Shown here piece after piece: positions 54,550 through 64,000 of a stretch of 64,000 bases of DNA (position 1 is its first letter; every line of letters starts with the position of its first letter). Origin of the DNA: Camelus ferus (lineage: Eukaryota); contig NC_045696.1 in the NCBI RefSeq assembly GCF_009834535.1, forward strand, positions 60,948,001 to 61,012,000, given 5' to 3'. The translations under genes were made by a program, and so were the position numbers. The notes under the pieces are model-generated. The model was not told the DNA's origin, searched no databases, and saw only the letters and a list, made by a program, of their open reading frames with translations.

Positions 54550-55850
54550 CATCCGATGAAATCCTTCCTAACGATCTTTTCTTTCTGTCAAGAGCCCGTC
54601 AGAAAACGCCAACTCCTGGGGCGTCTTTACGCTGCCCGCACGGGGCCAGACGTAGGCCCGGGCGGACAAAATGCCCAACCGGCCCTTCCTGGAACCCCAG
54701 ATCCAATCGAACGCAGCCCCAGCCGGGCTCCGGAAGAGCTTTCCTCAGAAAGGGTCGCTCCTCGGATCCTTGCCCTCACTTCCCTGATAACGCCCACAGC
54801 GCACACGCTGGAGACGAAACCCTCCGAGTGTTCCTCACAAAGAGCCGGGGTCACCCGCGAGTGGTAGCGCCCCTCTAAGGGGAAAGAGGGTCCGCACCCT
54901 TCGACCCTCCCAACCTCCGGGCCCGAAGTGCCCCCACCCGCCCGCCTCAGACACAGCCCGGCGGAGGGGACGCCCCGGGCCCTCAGGCTCGACCGCGACA
55001 CCGATAGCGCTGCCCTGTCCCCACCGGCCCTCTCTTGGTTCCGCCCACCCGCAAGAAAACTCGATCGACAACTGCGGCCAACCGCCCCTACCCCCACAAA
55101 CCGCGGTACTTGGTTCCACCCACACCTCCCCCGACTCCAACCCTGTCCGACTCGGCGCCTCACCCAAAGACATATCAATTTTGTCGAGGTTTTCGTTACT
55201 GCGAGCTTTCGGTGGCGGCGGCGGGGTCGCCGTGACTCCCATTAACCGCGTACCAAACCGGCTCATGACTGGAGACGCGCTGGAACAGTCAGCGGAGAAG
55301 GCCGGAGACAGGCCTGCCACCTCCCACTCACGCACGCAGACTAGCTGCACCTACAGAGCGCGCACGCGTACTGGCGGCGTCCTCGCCCTCCCACCCACGG
55401 CTGAGGGAGGGGGAGGAACCACAGAGACGAGCGGCGGGAGAGAGGGGCCTCACGCACGGGACTCGCTCCTAGCGGCCCTTGCGGAACCGGAGGAAACATT
55501 GCACCTGTCGCCCCAGCCGCTAGCGAGGGCTGCTGTTTTAGCAGTTCGCCTTTTCACCCAAATTGTACTGGCCCTTGAGCACCTTAAAATCACATGCTTT
55601 AAATGAGATCATGTTCCTCCGTGCCCTTCGAGTCCCTCCTGCTACAGAAAGGCCCCCTGAGCTTTGATACACACGAGTCTTCCATACCCTACTGCAATGC
55701 AGCCTCGGAGGCAAGACAGCCCCTGCGACCGTGGATTGCAGAACTGTGCCCCAGCTCCCCTCTCCCTGGCCAGCCCCTACACCTGCAGCATGCGGAGTCG
55801 CCACGTCTGGACGCAAAGCAAAGACTGCACTGACAATTCTTGCGTCACCT
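54550..55850. promoter_or_regulatory. FYTTD1: FYTTD1 CpG-island promoter (probably bidirectional)
   Basis: CpG-rich region around exon 1, with NRF1-like GCGCGCACGCG (~55358-55368) and ETS-like CGGAA (~55482). Confidence 0.8.
55164..55266 (-). CDS. FYTTD1: FYTTD1 coding exon 1 (UAP56-interacting factor UIF, mRNA export adaptor)
   Basis: MSRFGTRLMGVTATPPPPPKARSNENLDKIDMSL G|GTGAGG. With exon 2 this forms the UAP56-binding motif DKIDMSLDDII. The nine exons sum to 954 nt (317 aa + stop). Confidence 0.96.
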
Positions 55851-57668
55851 TACTAATAAAAGTAAACGCTAATGTTTCCCGTGTCTCTACCAATTCTCAG
55901 CCGACACTCTCAAAACATTTTGCTCGATACTAGCTATCTTGATAAGACCTCGTCTTCCTTTGGGAGAAGGGTAAGTACCTCTGCTTATTTGGCTGCATTT
56001 TTCTCTATTCATTTGCGTTGGGAATTGATAGGAAGATTCGTTTTCTTTCTAATCATCCCTATAAGAAAATTCCTTAGTATTTGATAAATTCCTGCATAAT
56101 AACTTTTTTTTCCTATTTACAAAACATAATATCCCCACTCTTCTTACCTTCTTCCCCTCCTCCAAAGTAACAGTGCTGGTATGGAGGCATTTAGATTATA
56201 TCATCCTCATAGCAGCTTAAACTAAGACATTTGCATCTAAGGAAACACTCAGGGACAGGTATTCTGTTCATTTAGAAATCTCCGCTACTTCAAAATTTCT
56301 TTTTATATAGAAACAAATCAGTGACCTAAAGTATTTCAAATCCACAGTAGCCTGTAAATTTTTTTCCAAGACAAAAATACAACCATATGAGAAGAGTCAA
56401 AAAGCTGAAGACATTCTTATGAAAGGGTATAAGAAATTTAAATGATGGAAGAAGGATTGGACTCAAAAAGACCCAAAAACAATATTCAGCATGTCAAGGA
56501 AAGTAGCATGTATGCTCTTAGCACAATGTGCTTGATTTTATTACTGTTTCATCCTACAGCTCCCACTGCTCTCCTGACTGCTATGAACTAGGGAACTGGA
56601 TTTTACAGAAGTACTAGAAACACCTAAGTTTCATTGAATGGTAACTTTCACTCACATCAGTCATTCACCTTGTGAACTTGGGAGAGTATCTGGGCTTCAT
56701 ACTCATTTTCAAAACAAAAGTAGTTATACTAAATATATGTTATATTTATTTCTAAGATTCCTTACAGTTCTAAAATCTAAGCACAAGACATTTTTCTCCA
56801 CACTGTCCTTCCCTCACTAGAAATACCTTCTACAATCTCTACTTATGTATGGGAGCAAACTACAGGGAGGAACATTAAATTAAGTTCTCAATTTTAGAAA
56901 GAAAATTTATGCATTTAGAGTGTGGATACATTTTTTACTCAGGCAGTATAAGACAGATAACAAAAATCCCAAATGTATAAAACCCTCCCCACACCAATAT
57001 AGAAAAATTCCCTTTTATCCTGGTTGAAGGATTGAAGCCCCATACCAACTCTCCTTAGCTCTAAAGGGAACATGCCCCAGTGTTTCGTGAAGCAATTCTA
57101 GCTGTTGTGTTTCAGACTTTGAGATTTCTCCAAGGACTGAGGGTCTCAGAGTCTCAGAGCAGTCACCCAGATTCCAAAGGGAAAAACAAGAGAACAAGAG
57201 GCATTGTAGGTAAGGATAGGTCAGCCACACACAAAACAATACAAAACAAAACAGCAACTTGAGACACATACAGCAAAAGTGAAGAGGGAAACAAGCCAAG
57301 AAATCAGAACTGGGGCTTGTCCAAGAAGTTGACCAACCAGCTACAGGGCTAGAAGGTCAACCGTGCAATTTTCTGGGGCACAAGAGGCAGCTATTCATTT
57401 AATCATATATTCATTGAGCACCAGGCATTGTAATGGGCCCTGGGGATAAAATGGTGAGCAGACTGGATGCTGTCCCTGTCTTCACATAGCTTGCAAAGCA
57501 GAAAAACATTTTCAGAGCATGTACTGTGAATAAGTCACTGTGCTGGACACTGAACATACAGCCCTTGTCTTCTGTTCAGCAGCTTCATCTAAGTGAAAAT
57601 AAACATAGAATTCAAGCAACTGCACCTTCTAGAGGCTTGATTTCATACAATGTAGATAAGACAATGTC

Positions 57669-57922
57669 TAGGATTGCCAGATAAATACAGGACCAGCTAA
57701 ATTTGAATTTCAGGTAAACAATGAACAATTGTTTAGTATAAGTTTTATCCCAGGTTTCAGACAAACAGCGTTTTTTTTTGTTTTTGTTTTTGTTTTTTTT
57801 TTACCATAGAACACTGCATGTAATATTTAGGATGTATTTATACTAAACAATTATTTGTTGTTCATTTGAAATTAAAACTTAACTGGGAGTCTTTTATTTT
57901 ATTTGCTAAATCTGGCAACCTT
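57669..57922. mobile_element. MER53-like hAT MITE
   Basis: TIR-like TAGGATTGCCAGAT... / ...ATCTGGCAACCTTA, with internal AAATTTGAATTTCAGGTAAACAATGAA. Confidence 0.7.
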
Positions 57923-58052
57923 AACAATATACTTTTCTATTAACATGTTTCATACTGTGCATAGAGATCAACATTCTCTTCAAAGGTAAGCACAACTCAT
58001 ATATTTCACCTCTTAACTTTTTTTTATTAGTTTGTAATCTCTTTTAAGTCCC

Positions 58053-58860
58053 CCTTTTTCAACTTTATTGAGGTATAATTGACATACAATAAAAGACATT
58101 TAAAGTGTGCAGTTTATACAGGTGTGAAATATATATCTGCAAAAATACCATAATCAGCATAATAAATATATCCATTATCACCTGAAGTTTTCCTGTGCTC
58201 CTTTCTAATTCCTCCCACTAACCACTGCCCAAGCAACCACAGATATGTTTTCTGTCACTATAGATTAATTTGCATTTTTTAGAATTTAAATGGAATAATA
58301 TAATATTTGCTCTTTTTTATCTGGAATATTTCACTTAGCATAATTGTTTCCAATCTGTATGCCTTCTATTATTTTTCCTTGCCTTACTGCACTGACTGGG
58401 GCTCTAGTACCATGTTTAATAGGAATGGTGAAAGTGGACATCTTTGCCTCATTCCCAACCCCCAGGGAGAAAACATTTAGTCTTTCACTCTTAAGTATGA
58501 TGTTAGATTTTTTTTTTTTTTTGTAGATGCCCTTATCAGGTTGAGGAAGTTCCCTTCTACTCCTGATTTGCTGAGAGTTTTAGTTATGCATGAAGGCTGA
58601 ATTTTATCTAATGCTTTTCCTGCATATGAGATGACCAAATGGTTATTTTTTAATTTATTAATATGATAAATTATATTGGCTGATTTTCAAATGTTGAACC
58701 ACCCTTGCATTTCTAGGATAAACCTACTTGGTCATGGTGTATTATCCTTTTCACATATTGTTGAATTTGGATTGCTAATATTTTGTCAAGAGTATTATTT
58801 CTTTTTTCATGAGTGATATTGGTGTGTAATTTCCTTTTCTTGTAATATTTTTGTCTTTAT
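58053..58860 (-). mobile_element. Old L1M fragments
   Basis: AACTTTATTGAGGTATAATTGACATACAATAAA; TCAGGTTGAGGAAGTTCCCTTCTACTCC; ATGTTGAACCACCCTTGCATT. Confidence 0.8.
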
Positions 58861-59754
58861 CAACTCTTTTGCTTTTCAGATGAGTATTTTTAGAATTCAT
58901 ATGTTGATGTAATTTGTCTTATACTGGAATAATAAGGGAGCTAGGTATAATTTGTATTATATGTACATATAGTATGTATCAGTTAGGTGTAATTATTATT
59001 ATTATACCTAACTCCCTTAAGCTACTTGTATGTAAAGTACAGTTTTTCTCCACTTTTCTGCTCAATTCTTCTCATTACCCCTTTTGCCACTGTTTTCTAC
59101 TGCAGTAGCTTTTCTTTGCCACTTTGCTACAGCTTCCTCTTTCTCTTTTGTACTGCACTTTTCTTTTGTTCTAAATGTTTCTAGCTGTTCTAGTCTTCTG
59201 CCTTTTAATATCAGGGTTCATTCATTCATTTATTCAGAGTTTGAGTCCCTGCCCTGGGCAAGACACTGTGCTACGCAGTACTGTGATACAGCTGAGAACA
59301 CGACAGGCAGAATTGCAGGCATTGCTGGAGGCATTACTAGTCTCTAATTCCCTGACTATCAGTTTTCTCTAACTAGGTAACCTGCTTGGATCAACAGGGG
59401 AAATTGAAGGGGAATTCTTCCTCGACCTCTAGCCCACTCTTTATTTGGCCTTGTCTTCTCTGGGCAGGGCAGGGGTCCTGTCAACCAAGGGTTCTAGGGT
59501 AATTCCCTGAATGACTAATTGTGGAATTTTCTAAAGCTACACAAATTCACATAAATCACACAATTTCCCCCTAGTTATGTAAAAACTGTTTCTTTAAAAA
59601 GATGTATCTTCAATTCCCTCAATTTGTAAAAGATAGATGGTAGTCTAGGAAGGCTCTGGAGAGCCAGGATTCAAGGCTTGGTGTGCTATTAGACAATCTG
59701 AGAGTAAGTTGCAAATATCATGACTCTATAAAGTCTGTATCTAAGGATCTTCTT

Positions 59755-60460
59755 GTATATAACCATGCTAAAATGATCAAATTCAGGACATTTAACACTG
59801 ATGCAATTCTATTCTCTGATGTATAGTCCATATTCAAAATTTGCCAATTATTCTAATAAATAATTATACTTCATAATTTTTTTTTCAATCTGGGATCCAA
59901 TCCAGCTTCACCTGCTGCATTTCTTTGTCCTGTGTCTTTTGTATCCTTTCATCTGAAAAAGTTTGTCAGCCTTTCTTAGTCTTTTTTGATATTTACATTT
60001 TTGAAGATTGAAGGCAGTTGTTGTATAGGTTGTCCTTCAATTTGGTTTTGTCTTATTCTCAGCCTATGATTAGATCAAGGCATTCATTTTTGTTGAGAAT
60101 ACTACATAAGTGATGTTGAGTTCTTCTCAATCCTTAACATCAGGAGGGACATGATGTCAAATTGTCTTATTGGTGATCTTAACTTTGATCACTTGGTTAA
60201 GGTGATGTCTGCCAGGTTTCTTCATTGTAAAGATACCTTTTTCCCTATATAAAATGAATGAGTTATCTGAGAGGAAATGGTTTGAGTCTGTGTAAATATC
60301 CTGTTTCAGAACAAATTTCACTAATGGCTTTAGCATCCATTGATGATTCTTGCCTGAATCAATTATTACTATGATGGCTACATAGTGATTTTCTAACTCT
60401 ACCATTACTCTACATTCATTAGTTGACATTCTACTATGAAAAGAGCTTTACTTCCCTGCC
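59755..60460 (-). mobile_element. Old L1M 3'UTR fragment
   Basis: ATCAAATTCAGGACATTTAACACTGAT; AACTTTGATCACTTGGTTAAGGTGATGTCTGCCAGGTTTCT. Confidence 0.7.
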
Positions 60461-61344
60461 TCCTTTCTTCCTTCCTTTTTCTATTTATTTATTTATTTGC
60501 AAACTTATTTATATACACGTATAAGTTTCCATAGAAATTCACAGACTTATTTTGTGTTCAGAAATTCCCTTCTGAAAAGCAAAGGGGTGCAGAGTGTAAG
60601 CGTTTGTTTACCTTTGAAAAGAATGTAGTTATGTGTATATATATCATGAATTAACTCATTTTGATGCTCAAATTTCTTTTGACTTGGCTAGTGGGAAACA
60701 CCTCTTAGCTTTTAAAGTGTATTTTTAAAAATGCTGCTGAGAATACTTTTAGTAAATATAATAAAGAGAAAATATTCATGACTATAGTTGATATTGTTGA
60801 ACGTATTCAAGAAGAGTATTCTTAAAACTAAATTTTTGGCAAGTAGGTAAGTATAATGAGCTTTAAAAATCTGTTATTTGAATAAGTGATTCTTAAGTGA
60901 AATTTGCTTACTGCCAGTGGTACTCTAGGACCAACTACTATTTGTATAAAAATTGCATCCTAGTGATCTTGAAAACAAATAGATTGATCAAAGATCAATA
61001 AAGCTCTTCATGTTTTTTTGACTATTAAAAAATTAATTCAGCAAGCATTGCTAAGTAAGGTCATTACATTTATGTGACCATTACATTTATTGAACCCTGA
61101 TGCTAGATATTTTTGCATATTTGATAACTTTTTGCATTTGGATCCCAGATGCACAAAACTGGGTTAATCATAATCCTTGGTTCATGACATACTCTCATCA
61201 TTTTCCATGCATGGCCCATTTTTTGTTGATTAATTATTTTAAATAACAATAATTAGTTATGGCTTCATAACTAATTAGTTACTTTTAAAATTGCATTCCT
61301 ACAGACCCATCACTCAAAACAAAAGCTAGAATGGACAATGAACC

Positions 61345-61800
61345 TATGACTTCCACTTCTAGACATGTACCCAAGAGAAACTATTGCTCATATACGAGAG
61401 GTGACACGTAAAAGAATATTCATAGAAGCAGTTTACAATAGCAAAAACCTGGAAACAACCCAAATGCCTATCAATGGAAGACAGCATGAATAAACTGGTC
61501 CGTTCACACAATGAACTACTATAAGCAATCAAAATCAATGAGCTATAGTGACACACAACAATATAAATAAATATTATCAATGTAATACTAAGTCAAAAAA
61601 AAAAAGGGCCCCAAAGAATAAATACAGCTTAATATCCTTTTTATAAAAGTAAAACACAAAAACTTCTTAAACATAATTTTTAGGAATATGGATACATGCA
61701 AAGGAACTATATAAAAAGAAAAGCAGTGGAATTATAAACAAGGGATTCAGGGTAAGGGAAAGCAGAGGGATGGGATGGGATGGGGGCTGGGCACATAGTG
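61345..61800 (+). mobile_element. Old L1M 3' fragment
   Basis: TTCCACTTCTAG..TACCCAAGAGAAAC..AATAGCAAAAACCTGGAAACAACCCAAATGCCTATCAA. Confidence 0.7.
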
Positions 61801-63319
61801 TAAGTTATTGTCATATTTATTAACTGACTGCTTTAAAGAAAATAAGTGTAAACCCAGTCTTGGATAGATGGAGAAATTCCTGTTTTCTAGAACTTTTACT
61901 ACAATTTTAGTTCTAGAACTTCCTGATAAAGCTGATTGACTTTCATGTAAGTAAATGTAAAATCATGTGGCAATAATTTGGGATTATAATGTACATGCCA
62001 AAAAATGAAGTTCATACATTTGTAGAAACAGATGGTACTGAAATTCCAATGACTAATACTGCCCCTTTCTTAAAAAGTATAACCCTGTAGTTGGAAAATA
62101 TGAAAAAGTTTGAATAAGGAGTATTTTTTATATAAATGGAAATTGGAACTCATAATTTACATTAAAATTCTCTTTCGTTTCACTTTTAATTCACAAAAAA
62201 GTTTTCTTAAGTTTGAAAATTCCTATAAGTCATATTATTTTTAATGGAGTACCTAGCTTTTATGGAGTTAGCCTATACCCCTCCCTCACAGAGTAGTGCT
62301 GAGTCTATTGCCTTACTGTGGCTCTAAGCCCAGCCTCCTTGTTCCATACAGCCAATGCCCTCGTTTAGGCCTGAACTTGCAAACTAGTAACCCAAAAGCC
62401 ACATTTAGCCTACAGATTTGTGGGTTTTTTTTTTTTTTTTGACGGGGGGGGGGGGGCGTGTAATATTTACATTAAAAAAAAATCTCTTGCCAATTTTTAA
62501 AAATTTGTAAATTGTACTTAAAAATGCAGATTTCAGCTTCACTGAAAAATCAGGGTATTTGACAACTCTAGGCCCATATGCCCATTTAGCAACATTCAAT
62601 TATAGCTAAGGTGAGACTTTTCCTTCTTGGTTGAGTCATGGGGGTTCCAGTTCAGAGAGTACCATTCTCCAACAACTTGCTCACTTCACTCATTGACATT
62701 ACTTGCTTGGCTACTATAGGGACTTCCAACTTCTCATATCCATTCTTCTGCCCTTATCTCCAACATATCGCATTCCCTCTCTACGTTGTCAAAAGTAGCT
62801 TTCTAAGCAGGCTTGATCAAATCACTTCTTAATTTGCATTTCCATGATTTGCTCCTAATTGTTCTCAGAACAAAAATCCAAACTCCTTAGAATGGCTTCA
62901 TGATCTGGTTTGTCTGCTCACCCACACCATAGTGTTCCTCACCTCTTCCCAGCTCTGATTACTACACAGAACCATCAGTTCCCAAACCAGCATACTTCCT
63001 CATGTCTGTGCGGCTCTCTCCACCTTCTCTTCCTTTCTTCTCCTGGCTAAATCATACTCATCCTTAAAAACTCCGCTCTGACATCAGTCCTCCAGGAAAG
63101 CCTTTTCCTCCTGCTCTTCCTTTGTGATCCCAAAGCAACCTGAACCCTTCTGACTGAGCGCTTCATTAACATATTTGAGGTCCTCAAACACCACCACCAA
63201 GTGTTAAACCAGGGTAGGCCGAAGTGGAGTTAACCGAACTTGGATTAAGACCAGCATTATTTTCTAGTCTAGCCCTCCGACCAAGTTGGGTCCCAAGGGT
63301 GAAGAGTTAACAACAGTGC

Positions 63320-64000
63320 GTTAAGACTCCGGCCTCCGGCCTCCGGCCTCCGGAGACCAGCGTTGGTGGGCGTTTCAGACCTGGTACCCAGCGGGGCGCA
63401 CGACGGAAAGCTCGCAGACTGGGTCTGAAGTCCGCCGCGAGCGCAGCCTCTGATTGGATAGGGCGTTGCATGCCGGGCCTTCGAAGTGCTTGCTGGGAGT
63501 TGTAGTTCTTAGAGCCGGAAGTGTGGGTGGCAGGGATAGAAACCGCAGCTGAGGCAGCAGTCACTGCCGCTGCCATCACCCGGCTGTAGTGCATCACCCT
63601 GCGCCCACCGGCGGTGGGTGCCTCCTCCGCTCCCAAGGGGCTCAAGGAGTCCTGAGGGGCGAAGCGGCAGGGACGCTTCTCTCTTCAGAGAAGAGGCGAC
63701 GTCGCAGCCCCGGATGCGGCCAGAGGGCGCGAGAATGGAGCTTGGCGGCTGCGAGGAGGGCTTGCCGGAGGAGAGCAGGTGGGCTGGGAAAGGCCAGGGG
63801 AGTCGCGGGCGGATGGATGCGCTGAAGCAAAGGGAGGCTTAGAAGGGCTCGGAGAGCACGGGGAGACGTGCTGGATGCGACAGACATGAGGGAGACTGTT
63901 GTGGGCGACTTGTTTAGGAAGAAATTCTGAAAGGAGTGACGGGCAGGGCGTGGATAGGACGGACGAGGGAACAAGCTCAGTGAGGGTAGAGGAGGAGGGA
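63320..64000 (+). promoter_or_regulatory. RUBCN: RUBCN CpG-island promoter with CCAAT, ZNF143-type and ETS motifs
   Basis: ATTGG at 63453-63457, GCTGGGAGTTGTAGT (reverse of ACTACAACTCCCAGC) at 63492-63506, CCGGAAGTG at 63515-63523. Confidence 0.8.
63714..63778 (+). CDS. RUBCN: RUBCN (Rubicon, KIAA0226) coding exon 1
   Basis: MRPEGARMELGGCEEGLPEES(R)|GTGGGC matches the recalled Rubicon N-terminus [22 protein letters not shown]. Divergent from FYTTD1, as in the conserved synteny. Confidence 0.92.

Noticed and set aside
54835..55350. 171-aa ORF implying an N-terminally extended FYTTD1
   Set aside because: The listed start is GTG and the 3' part reads through the exon 1 donor into the intron. 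Only 55266-55164 matches FYTTD1.
62425..62457. Poly-T followed by poly-G run as a G-quadruplex or regulatory element
   Set aside because: Simple homopolymers within what looks like a decayed repeat; such lengths are unreliable in assemblies and nothing else supports function.
1..64000. Prokaryote-type systems (CRISPR arrays, operons) and the many 60-110 aa ORFs
   Set aside because: Intron-rich mammalian DNA with no repeat-spacer arrays. The short ORFs are repeat-derived or chance frames.

Overview
Mammalian genomic DNA, most likely from a camelid (alpaca/vicuna/camel), judged from tRNA-Ala-derived Vic-1-type SINEs and the L1 3' ends. It is the RUBCN-FYTTD1-LRCH3 block, syntenic with human 3q29. 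It holds the complete 9-exon FYTTD1/UIF gene on the minus strand (CDS 55266->26107, 954 nt, 317 aa, all GT-AG junctions in phase), coding exon 1 of LRCH3 (minus, 19517->19259) with >19 kb of intron 1, and coding exon 1 of RUBCN (plus, 63714-63778). Each gene starts in a CpG island. The rest is AT-rich intron/intergenic DNA with L1, SINE, MIR/L2, LTR and DNA-transposon remnants. The most striking non-gene structure is a composite ORF1-only 'half-L1'-like retroelement: L1 5'UTR + ORF1 + two antisense ORF2 fragments + unique tail + poly(A). It occurs as two independent insertions with their own TSDs (38785-41513 full length; ~4463-5761 5'-truncated). Repeat family names and gene identities are from recall of consensus/protein sequences, not from a database search.
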